Shown: in pieces, positions 47,652 through 55,507 of the stretch
Layout: every line of letters begins with the position of its first letter
How positions within the stretch are numbered: position 1 is the stretch's first letter
Source: Planctomycetota bacterium
GTDB lineage: Bacteria; Planctomycetota; UBA1135; UBA2386
NCBI GenBank assembly: GCA_045105235.1
Contig: JBGCDH010000011.1
Span: 141,992-205,991, forward strand
Direction: 5' to 3'
DNA length: 64,000 bases
Program-made: the position numbers and the translations under genes
Notes under the pieces: model-generated
Seen by the model: only the letters and a program-made list of their open reading frames with translations
What the model was told of the DNA's origin: nothing
Databases searched by the model: none

Positions 47652-49052
47652 CTACAGGTCCTTCACTTCGCGGACGACACCTTCGAGCGCTTCCTTCGCG
47701 TCGGCAAACACCATCAGCGTGTTGTCGAGTTCGAACAGCGGGTTCTTGATGCCGGCATAGCCAGGGCTCAGCGAACGCTTGATGACGACCACCGTGCTGG
47801 CGTGGTCGACGTCGAGGATCGGCATGCCCGAGATCGGACCTTCCGGATCGCGCGCCGCCGGGTTTACGACGTCGTTGGCGCCCACGATGATGACCACGTC
47901 GGTGTTCTTGAAGTCGCCATTGATGCGCTCCATCTCCCACAGCTGGTCATACGGGACGTCCGACTCGGCGAGCAGCACGTTCATGTGGCCTGGCATGCGC
48001 CCCGCCACCGGGTGGATCGCGTAGCGCACGTTGACACCACGATCGGTAAGCAAGTCAGCGAGTTCGCGCACGACGTGCTGCGCCTGCGCCACCGCCAGGC
48101 CGTAGCCCGGCACAAACACGCACGACGACGCGCCATCGAGCAGCATCGCGACCTCTTCGGGGCCTGCCTGCTTGATGTTGTTGTAGTCGCGCGCATCTTC
48201 GGCAACGGCGTCGTCGCCGCCCATGCCACCGAGCAGCACGTTGCTGAGCGAGCGGTTCATCGCCTTGCACATGATCTTGGTCAAGATCAGGCCCGACGCA
48301 CCGACCAGCGACCCGACAACGATCAGCAGCGGGTTCTGGATCACAAAGCCCGCAAATGCAGCCGCAATGCCCGAGTAGCTGTTGAGCAGCGAGACGACAA
48401 CCGGCATGTCTGCGCCGCCGATCGGCATCACCAAGAACGCGCCGAGCGCGGCAGCCACGACAGCGAGCAGCAGCATGGCGATCACCGGCATGGTCGTGCC
48501 CGAGGCGAACACCATCCAGGCGCCGAACGCGATCGCGACGACACCGAGGATCAGGTGGAAGCTATGGCGCGCACTGCCTTCGACTGGGTGCGTAAGCTTT
48601 TTGCCGGTCAGCTTGCCGTAGGCGACAAAGCTGCCGGTCAAGGTGACCATGCCAATCAGGATGGCGGCTAGCGTCGCGATCGACGGCATGGCGCCGCTGT
48701 CGGCGATGGAGCGATTTGCGCCAGCGCCAAGGATGACGCCACCCATGGCGACGAGCGCCGAGGAAATGCCGCCAAAGCCATTGAGGCCGGCAACCAGCTC
48801 CGGCATCTCGGTCGTTGGCGTGCGCTTCGCGAGCGTCATGCCGATGAAGCCACCGGTAGCGACGCCACCGATGATCACGAACCAGTTGATGTAGCTGTAG
48901 CCGGCGATCAGCGTCGCCAGCACAGCGACGCCCATGCCAATCTCCGACAGGCGGTTGCCGAGAGCGCAGGTCTTGATGCTCGTCAGGCGCTTGATGCCAA
49001 AGACGAACAGCAGAGCAGAGACCAGGTACAGGAAGTTGGTGAAGGTCGTCAC
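47652..49052 (-). CDS. pntB: NAD(P) transhydrogenase subunit beta
   Basis: 466 aa with a membrane domain and a C-terminal dIII domain (VPGYGLAVAQAQH, AIHPVAGRMPGHMNVLLAE, IIVGANDVVNPAA). Confidence 0.95.
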   Translation of the reverse strand: MTTFTNFLYLVSALLFVFGIKRLTSIKTCALGNRLSEIGMGVAVLATLIAGYSYINWFVIIGGVATGGFIGMTLAKRTPTTEMPELVAGLNGFGGISSALVAMGGVILGAGANRSIADSGAMPSIATLAAILIGMVTLTGSFVAYGKLTGKKLTHPVEGSARHSFHLILGVVAIAFGAWMVFASGTTMPVIAMLLLAVVAAALGAFLVMPIGGADMPVVVSLLNSYSGIAAAFAGFVIQNPLLIVVGSLVGASGLILTKIMCKAMNRSLSNVLLGGMGGDDAVAEDARDYNNIKQAGPEEVAMLLDGASSCVFVPGYGLAVAQAQHVVRELADLLTDRGVNVRYAIHPVAGRMPGHMNVLLAESDVPYDQLWEMERINGDFKNTDVVIIVGANDVVNPAARDPEGPISGMPILDVDHASTVVVIKRSLSPGYAGIKNPLFELDNTLMVFADAKEALEGVVREVKDL

Positions 49053-49053
49053 G

Positions 49054-49338
49054 TTACTTCTTCTCCCTCTTCTTGAAGGAGCCGAGCATCCGGTCGGTGA
49101 CCATGTAGCCCCCGACGACGTTGATGGTCGCGAGCGTCACCGCCAGGAAGGCGATCAGGCCGGCAAAGAAGCCGCCGCCCGCCGAAATGATGATGGCGCC
49201 GACAATCGTGATGCCGGAAATCGCATTGGAGCCCGACATCAGCGGCGTATGCAGGGTCGGCGGAACCTTGGTGATCAGCTCGAAACCGAGCAGCGCCGCT
49301 ATGGCGAAAATAAAGACCAGCAGGAAAGTTTCATCCAT
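49054..49338 (-). CDS. pntAB: NAD(P) transhydrogenase subunit alpha part 2
   Basis: 94-aa membrane protein (TLHTPLMSGSNAISGITIVGA). It ends 1 nt before pntB. Confidence 0.85.
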   Translation of the reverse strand: MDETFLLVFIFAIAALLGFELITKVPPTLHTPLMSGSNAISGITIVGAIIISAGGGFFAGLIAFLAVTLATINVVGGYMVTDRMLGSFKKREKK

Positions 49339-49349
49339 CGTCGCGTGCC

Positions 49350-50489
49350 TCAGTTGCCGGCCGCGGCAAGCGCCTGCGCCGTGGGTTCATGCCGAACAGT
49401 GCCGTCGTGCACGATGGCGACCGCGCCGAGAACTTCGTTCTCGACGTCAAACGTCACCGTGCCTTCCTTGTCGATGAACTCGCCGAGGAAGGCGAGCGTG
49501 TTGCGCGCATACATGCGCGAAGCGTCGGCCGCAACGCGCGCCGGCAGATTGGTCTCGCCGAGGATCGTGACGCCGTCGACGACGACCGTCTCTCCGGGCT
49601 TGCTGCCTTCGACGTTGCCGCCCTGGCCTGCCGCCATGTCGACGATGACCGAACCGGCCCGCATGGCCTTGCGCATCTCGGCCGTCACCAGCACGGGCGC
49701 CTTCTTGCCCGGCACCAGCGCGGTCGTGATCAACACGTCGGCGCCGGTGATGTGCTCGGTCAGGGTCTCGCGCTGCTTCTTTAGAAACTCCTGCGAGGTC
49801 TCCTTGGCGTAGCCACCGGTCGTCTCGGCGTTGGGCGGAGTGCCGGTATCGACAAACCTGCCGCCGAGCGACTCGACCTGCTCTTTGACCGCCGGCCGGA
49901 TGTCGTTGGCTTCGACGACCGCGCCGAGCTTGCGCGCGGTCGAGATCGCCTGCAGCCCAGCGACGCCGGCGCCGAGCACCAGCACCTTGGCGGGGGTGAT
50001 CGTGCCGGCCGCCGTCATCATCAGCGGGAACATCTGCGGCAGATGCACGGCCGCGAGCAGCACCGCTTGGTAGCCGCCGCAGGTCGCCTGCGAGCTGAGG
50101 ATGTCCATTTTCTGGGCGCGGGTGATCCGCGGCATGAACTCGAGTCCAATCCCGGTAACACCTGCGTCGCGCAGGGCCTTGATCGAATCGAGCGCGTTGC
50201 CCGGAGTCAGCGTGCAGATCAGCTTGGCAGCCTTCTTCTGCTGCTTGCACAGATCGGCCGTTGGCACCTGGACGCCGAGCACGATGTCGGCGTCCTTGCG
50301 CGCACCAGCATCGACCAGCTTGGCGCCGGCCTCCTCATACTCTGCATCTACAAAGCCGGCGGCGAGGCCCGCGCCACGCTCCACCTGAACTTCAAGAGAC
50401 AGCTTTTGCATGCCCTTGACGGTTTCGGGCACGGCGGCGACGCGCGCCTCGCCGTCGGCCGACTCTTTCGGCACGAAGATCACAGCCAT
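49350..50489 (-). CDS. pntAA: NAD(P) transhydrogenase subunit alpha part 1
   Basis: The internal ATG at 50489 gives MAVIFVPKESADGEARVAAVPETVK. An alanine-dehydrogenase-like fold with VLVLGAGVAGLQAI (Rossmann) follows. Confidence 0.9.
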   Translation of the reverse strand: MAVIFVPKESADGEARVAAVPETVKGMQKLSLEVQVERGAGLAAGFVDAEYEEAGAKLVDAGARKDADIVLGVQVPTADLCKQQKKAAKLICTLTPGNALDSIKALRDAGVTGIGLEFMPRITRAQKMDILSSQATCGGYQAVLLAAVHLPQMFPLMMTAAGTITPAKVLVLGAGVAGLQAISTARKLGAVVEANDIRPAVKEQVESLGGRFVDTGTPPNAETTGGYAKETSQEFLKKQRETLTEHITGADVLITTALVPGKKAPVLVTAEMRKAMRAGSVIVDMAAGQGGNVEGSKPGETVVVDGVTILGETNLPARVAADASRMYARNTLAFLGEFIDKEGTVTFDVENEVLGAVAIVHDGTVRHEPTAQALAAAGN

Positions 50490-50650
50490 ATCGGGGTCCT
50501 TGCTCCAATCGCGAGTGGTAAGGCACCAGCGAACCAGATGCCGCCACGGTGCGCCACCGGGAATGCTCGATGCCATCGCCGGAATCGCATGACGATCGGC
50601 CCCGCGGTTCCGTTGGGTTCTGTCCGCGTCGCCGAATAGGCTTCGCCGTC

Positions 50651-51538
50651 GTGCAGAGCTTTGTTGCAGAACTAGCGGACCGCGTGCTCGCCGGCGCCGC
50701 GCCCATCGTGATCGGACTCGACCCGCGTCTGTCCGCCTTCCCTCAGGGGCTGCTGCCAGGCGCGGCTCCGGCCGCGCGCATCGTTGCGTTCTACCGTGAA
50801 TGCCTGCCGGTGATCGCCAAGCACGCGCCGGCGGTCAAACCGAACATCGCCTTCTTCGAGGCGTATGGCTCCGACGGCTACCGCGCCTACGAAGAGGTTT
50901 GCCGGCAGGCCCACGAGGAGGGCCTGCTGATCGTGGGCGACGTCAAGCGCGGCGACATCGGCAGCACCGCCGAAGCCTACGCCGAAGGCCACTTCCGGAT
51001 CGCGGACTCGCTGACGCTGCACCCTTACCTCGGCCACGATTCGATCGCGCCGTTCCTCAAGTGGTGTGCACCCGAGAGCGGTGGCCGCGCGGTCTTTGTG
51101 CTGGTGCGCACGAGCAATCCAGGCGCCAAAGACTTTCAGGATCTGCCGGTCGGCACGTCGGAAGTCACTTTTTGCGATTCGGTAGCAAGTGCCGTTCAGC
51201 AATGGGGTGACGGCTTGCCGCAGGCACACGGTTACCACGCCGTCGGCGCCGTCGTCGGGGCCACCTGGCCCGAAGAACTCGCGCGACTGCGCCGAGCGAT
51301 GCCCAACTCCTGGCTGTTGCTGCCCGGCGTCGGCGCCCAAGGCGGCAAGATCGAGGATCTGGCCGCGGCCTTTGACGAGCGCGGCCTCGGCGCCCTGGTC
51401 AACCAGAGCCGCGGCGTCATGCAGTGCTTTTCTCCGTCGAACGATGACTGGCTGATGCGTATCGAGCAGGCCTGCGCGACGTTCGCTCGCGAGTGCCGTG
51501 CCGTTGCCCTCCAGAGCTCCCCCAAAAGCTCGTCCTGA
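50651..51538 (+). CDS. pyrF: Orotidine 5'-phosphate decarboxylase (type 2)
   Basis: Family blocks IVIGLDP, VKPNIAFFE, VGDVKRGDIGSTA, LLPGVGAQGG. The start is uncertain: GTG at 50651, ATG at 50570, or the track start at 50549. Confidence 0.85.
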   Translation: MQSFVAELADRVLAGAAPIVIGLDPRLSAFPQGLLPGAAPAARIVAFYRECLPVIAKHAPAVKPNIAFFEAYGSDGYRAYEEVCRQAHEEGLLIVGDVKRGDIGSTAEAYAEGHFRIADSLTLHPYLGHDSIAPFLKWCAPESGGRAVFVLVRTSNPGAKDFQDLPVGTSEVTFCDSVASAVQQWGDGLPQAHGYHAVGAVVGATWPEELARLRRAMPNSWLLLPGVGAQGGKIEDLAAAFDERGLGALVNQSRGVMQCFSPSNDDWLMRIEQACATFARECRAVALQSSPKSSS

Positions 51539-51546
51539 CCCACAAC

Positions 51547-53109
51547 GTGACTTCGACCCTGCGCCATATCTCGTTTCGTCGCCTCGGCACCTCTGAGGTC
51601 CACCAGCGATTCCTCGAAGACGACCGCGACCTCAGCGAGTTTCTTGGCGTGCGCGCGACCAACGTCGAAGAGCTGCTGCAGCGCGCGCCCACCGGTGCCG
51701 ACCGACTTGTGCCGCGCGACGAGCTGAGCGACTCGCTAGCCGCCTACGCCAAGCGCTTCGATGCACCCCAACAGGTGCTCGACAGCGCCGAAGCGCTGCG
51801 CAGCGACGACACCCACGTGATCGTCACCGGCCAGCAACCCGGGCTGCTCGGCGGACCGCTGTTCTGTTTGCACAAGGCCGCGACCGCGATCCGCACCTGC
51901 CGTGAGATCGAAGCCCAGGGCGGGCCGCGCTGCGTGCCGCTGTTTTGGAACCACAGCGACGACCACGACCTCGAAGAAGCCAACCGCGCCTTCCTCGTCA
52001 ACTCGCAGCAGGAAGTGCAGCGCTACCGGCTCGACCTGACGCGGCACAACGAATCGCTGCGCCACCTAAGCGTCGGCCGCGATATCGAGCAGCTGCTCGA
52101 AGAAGTTCGCACCCTGCTGCCAGAGACCGAGTTCCACGAGCGGTTGATGGCAACGCTGAAGCCGCGCCACGCCGACGAGACGTTCGGCGACCTGCAGGCA
52201 CGGCTGATGTTTGAGGTCTTTGGCCAGCACGGACTGCTCGTAATCGAGCCGCGCGACCTGCCGGAGAGTGCCTTTGCACCGCTCGAAAAGTGGTGGGGTC
52301 GCGCGGACGAAGTGCGCGAACGCGTCCGGCAAACGTGCGACGACCTGCACGACCTTGGGGTCGACATCACTCTCGATCCGGCCGCGACGATGATGTTCTC
52401 GATCCAAGGTGGCCGGCGCGAGCCTTTGGCCGATGGCGAGAAGGCGCCCGAACCGCGCAACCTCTCGCCCGGCGTGCTGCTGCGGCCGCTGTGGCAGGAC
52501 GCCTGTTTGCCGACGATCGGCTTCGTCGTCGGCCCCGGCGAACTCAGCTACCTTGCAGCTGTCGCCCCGCTCTACCGACTGCTCGACGTGCCGCAGCCCG
52601 TGTTTTTGCCGCGCGCCTCGCTGACCCTGGTCGAGCCCCCGATGCAGCGCCTGCTCGGCCGCTTCGAGCTCGACCTCACCGACCTCGAACTGTCGCCCGA
52701 GCAGCTCGCCGACAAGCTGCTCAAGTCCGACGACGAAAGCGGCGGCGGCGACATCGAAGATTTGGTCGAGGCAGCCAAGAATCGGCTGGCGGAGGACCTT
52801 GGAGCGGTCGAAGGCAAGCTCAAGCAGCTCGACGCGTCGATGCTCGGCGCTCTCAACCGGGCGCGCACGAAGTCGGCCGAAGAGCTTGAGCGTCTGCAGA
52901 CCAAGGTCCGCAACGCCCGCCAAAACCGCGAGGGCACCGGCATCAAGCAGCTCCGGCGGCTGTGCAATTCGCTGCGTCCACGCAGCCGCATCCAGGAGCG
53001 CGTGTTCGGCCCGATCACGTATCTGAATGCCTATGGTCCACGCTTGATCGACGAGCTGATCGCGGCCGCCGACCCGTTCAACATCGAGCACGGGGTGCTG
53101 GAGCTGTGA
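51547..53109 (+). CDS. bshC: Bacillithiol biosynthesis cysteine-adding enzyme BshC
   Basis: Signature VIVTGQQPGLLGGPLFCLHKAATAI ... PLFWNHSDDHDLEEAN and a coiled-coil C-terminus, as in BshC/YllA. A GTG at 51547 lies 8 nt after the pyrF stop. The track start at 51493 would overlap pyrF. Confidence 0.85.
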   Translation: MTSTLRHISFRRLGTSEVHQRFLEDDRDLSEFLGVRATNVEELLQRAPTGADRLVPRDELSDSLAAYAKRFDAPQQVLDSAEALRSDDTHVIVTGQQPGLLGGPLFCLHKAATAIRTCREIEAQGGPRCVPLFWNHSDDHDLEEANRAFLVNSQQEVQRYRLDLTRHNESLRHLSVGRDIEQLLEEVRTLLPETEFHERLMATLKPRHADETFGDLQARLMFEVFGQHGLLVIEPRDLPESAFAPLEKWWGRADEVRERVRQTCDDLHDLGVDITLDPAATMMFSIQGGRREPLADGEKAPEPRNLSPGVLLRPLWQDACLPTIGFVVGPGELSYLAAVAPLYRLLDVPQPVFLPRASLTLVEPPMQRLLGRFELDLTDLELSPEQLADKLLKSDDESGGGDIEDLVEAAKNRLAEDLGAVEGKLKQLDASMLGALNRARTKSAEELERLQTKVRNARQNREGTGIKQLRRLCNSLRPRSRIQERVFGPITYLNAYGPRLIDELIAAADPFNIEHGVLEL

Positions 53110-53840
53110 TCACGGCGAACGATCCAAGCGAGCTGCCGGCCTGCAGCGTGCTGGCCTTCGGCCCGCATCCCGACGATATCGAAATCGCCTGCGGCGGCAC
53201 GCTGCTGCAGCTGATGGCCAGCGGCGAAACGGTCGCCATGGTGGATCTCACGCGTGGCGAAATGGGCTCGAGCGGCACCGCCGCCGATCGCGACGCCGAA
53301 GCGGAAGCAGCCGGCAAGGCGCTCGGCGCCGTCGCGCGCTGCAACCTGCGTATTCCCGACACCGGCGTGCGAGACGAAGACGAGGCCGCAACCGCCCTGG
53401 TCGTCGCCGCCATGCGCGCCTGCCAGCCAAAGCTCGTCTTTGCGCCACACGAACGCGACGTGCATCCGGACCATTCGGCGGCCGCACGCCTGATCGGCCG
53501 GGCGCACTTTCTTGCCGGACTGCGCAACTTCCGGCCCGAGCTCGGCGCGAGGCGCCACCGCGCGCAGCTGTTGTTGCGCTATCCGACCAACCAGCTGGTC
53601 GAGCCAACGATCGTGGTCGACATCAGCGACAGCGCCGCTCGCAAAGCCGAGGTCGTGCGCTGCTACCGCTCGCAGCTTCAGCCGAAGGACACTTCGCATC
53701 TCGTCCAGGGCCTCGACTTGCTCGAGCGCACGCAGGTTCGGGAGCGCGCCTTTGGTGCGACCATCGCGGCGGTCGCTGGCGAAGGCTTTGTGCACGACGG
53801 ACCGCTGCCCGTCCGTGCTCTCGAAGCGCTACTGGCCTGA
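53106..53840 (+). CDS. bshB1: Bacillithiol biosynthesis deacetylase BshB1 (PIG-L/LmbE family)
   Basis: The GTG at 53106 overlaps the bshC stop (GTGA). Family blocks are VLAFGPHPDDIEIACGGT, DLTRGEMGSSGT and KLVFAPHERDVHPDH. Confidence 0.85.
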   Translation: MITANDPSELPACSVLAFGPHPDDIEIACGGTLLQLMASGETVAMVDLTRGEMGSSGTAADRDAEAEAAGKALGAVARCNLRIPDTGVRDEDEAATALVVAAMRACQPKLVFAPHERDVHPDHSAAARLIGRAHFLAGLRNFRPELGARRHRAQLLLRYPTNQLVEPTIVVDISDSAARKAEVVRCYRSQLQPKDTSHLVQGLDLLERTQVRERAFGATIAAVAGEGFVHDGPLPVRALEALLA

Positions 53841-53848
53841 GCCGGGCG

Positions 53849-53882
53849 CCGTGACAAACGCTGCTCCGTGAAAAACGCTGCT
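53849..53882. repeat. 17-nt tandem repeat x2 (ccgtgaCaaacgctgct / ccgtgaAaaacgctgct) closing into a hairpin
   Basis: 53849-53865 and 53866-53882 differ at one base. The following gtcacgg (53883-53889) is complementary to ccgtgac (53849-53855) and to most of the second copy's 5' end. gtttgg follows. Confidence 0.85.
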
Positions 53883-54030
53883 GTCACGGGTTTGGCGTTC
53901 CCGGCGCACGGGTGCGGAAGCGACCTTGCTACCAGCGACGTGGGCACGCCCTGAGCAGGCCACGAAGAACGAATCTGGCGAAACCCAGTGAACGTAAAGC
54001 ACGCCGAGAACGCATGCCGATGCGCACCAC

Positions 54031-54480
54031 ATGCGGATTCTGATCACACTAGGCATCGTGCTAGCCCTCGCGATTGCTGGCGTCATTGGCTTCGTGGTGC
54101 AGCGCGAATCGTCACGCGACAGCGCCGGGTCCAACCAGAGCCTCAATCAGTCGACGGGCATGCCTGTCGCCACGATCTCCGAAGGGGAACGCGTCAATGT
54201 CGATGCCAACGTGCCGACATCCGGCCATACGGTCGTCATGTTTAGCGCCGACTGGTGACCAAGCTGCAAGCCCACGCGGTCTCAGTTGGAGGCCGTCGCA
54301 AACTCGCGCCCGAACATCTTCCTGCGCATCGTCGACATCTCGACGCGCGGCTCCGAAGCGGGTGCGCAACACGGCATCCGCGCCGTGCCGACGCTGTGGC
54401 TCTATAGCGATGGCAAGAAGGTCGCCGGCAGCACAAAGGAAACGTTCACCGTGCTGAACGAAATGCGCAACGGCGGCTAG
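54031..54480 (+). CDS. Membrane-anchored thioredoxin-fold protein with in-frame TGA at the active site (candidate selenoprotein, U-P-S-C)
   Basis: Track ORFs 54031..54258 and 54286..54480 share one frame and are split by a single TGA (54256-54258). The joined product reads TM anchor + ...VVMFSADW-U-PSCKP...IFLRIVDI...GIRAVPTLWLYSDGKKV.... This is a Trx fold with WCxxC, a cis-Pro loop and correct spacing. If the TGA is a true stop, this is instead a pseudogene. Confidence 0.7.
54277..54295 (+). promoter_or_regulatory. Candidate bacterial SECIS hairpin downstream of the in-frame TGA
   Basis: 7-bp stem cggtctc (54277-54283) / gaggccg (54289-54295) with one G-U pair. The loop is AGUUG, with G at loop position 2. 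The stem begins 19 nt after the TGA. Confidence 0.5.
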
Positions 54481-54500
54481 GAGATACGCGGAACGCGTCG

Positions 54501-55361
54501 ATGCCAGGCCTGATGGACAACCGCCACGACGAGACCCCCGCGCCTGCGCGCCGCGGCGGCAACCTCGGCACGTTCGATCCGTCGCGCCGGCAAAACGCCG
54601 AGCCAAACGAACAGACCGTTGGCGCCCACCGCGGATCGCCGCTGGGCTACGCCCCAAGTCCGTCGCCGAATCGGTGGCGCTACCTGCTCGGCGGTCTGGT
54701 GGCGGCGTGGCTGTTTGGCTTCATCCTGCCGCGAAACTTCACGTGGTTTCTGTCGGCCATTCCACACGAGATGGGCCACGCCACGTTCGGGTGCCTGCTT
54801 GGCCATCCTTCGTCACCCAACATCAGCTTGTCGGGCCACGCCTGGACCGGCATCGGCGTGCTGCGTCCCTGGCTTGCGTGGACCATCGCCGCAGCGTTTG
54901 GCCTATTCGCCATCGGCATGGTACGGCGGCCGCTGACGTGCGCGGCGCTGGCCGCAACCGCCGTGCTGATTCCGCTGTGTGCATTCACCGGGGTCTCGCA
55001 GATCTTGATCGCGGTCGGCGGACATGTCGGCGAACTGGCCTTTGCAACCTGGTGCTTCACGCTGGCCTGGACCGGCGGACAAACCGATAGCGCACAAGAA
55101 CGGGTCGGCTCCGCCATGGCTGGCGCCCTCGTGCAGTTCGTCAACCTCAAGCTCTGCTTCGGCCTGCTAACCAGTGCCGCCGCGCGCAATCACTATGCGG
55201 GCAACGGCAGCTTGGGCCTCAAGAACGACTACTTGATCCTCGCGGAAGACCTGCTCGGCTGGCGTCTCGGATCGGTTGCGATGGTGATGTTCATCGCGGC
55301 GCTGCTACCGCTACCGCTCGGCGTGCTGCTCGGCATGTGGCGCCAGCGCGTCGCCGACTGA
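54501..55361 (+). CDS. Polytopic membrane protein with intramembrane HExxH motif (putative zinc metalloprotease)
   Basis: 286 aa. A disordered N-terminal ~60 aa is followed by about 6 TM helices. HEMGH lies at the end of the first TM region (FLSAIPHEMGHATFGCLLGH). I cannot assign a family with confidence. Confidence 0.6.
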   Translation: MPGLMDNRHDETPAPARRGGNLGTFDPSRRQNAEPNEQTVGAHRGSPLGYAPSPSPNRWRYLLGGLVAAWLFGFILPRNFTWFLSAIPHEMGHATFGCLLGHPSSPNISLSGHAWTGIGVLRPWLAWTIAAAFGLFAIGMVRRPLTCAALAATAVLIPLCAFTGVSQILIAVGGHVGELAFATWCFTLAWTGGQTDSAQERVGSAMAGALVQFVNLKLCFGLLTSAAARNHYAGNGSLGLKNDYLILAEDLLGWRLGSVAMVMFIAALLPLPLGVLLGMWRQRVAD

Positions 55362-55507
55362 GGCCCAGCGCACGCCGCCAACAGGCCTCGAACAGGCGAT
55401 AGATTTCGCGAATGGTCCGTAACGAGGCGGACAGGAAATCGCCGTGATCTGCAGATCTGCGTCTCCCCCGCGCCGATCTTCGCCGCTCACGGCCACCCCT
55501 TCTTTAG

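Noticed and set aside
54031..54480. Reading the split thioredoxin as a plain pseudogene or as two separate small ORFs
   Set aside because: This is not fully excluded but is less likely. The single disruption is a TGA exactly at the catalytic Cys codon, and the frame is otherwise intact. Fold landmarks continue downstream, and a SECIS-like hairpin follows at the expected distance. The second track ORF (TTG at 54286) would start in the middle of a Trx fold.
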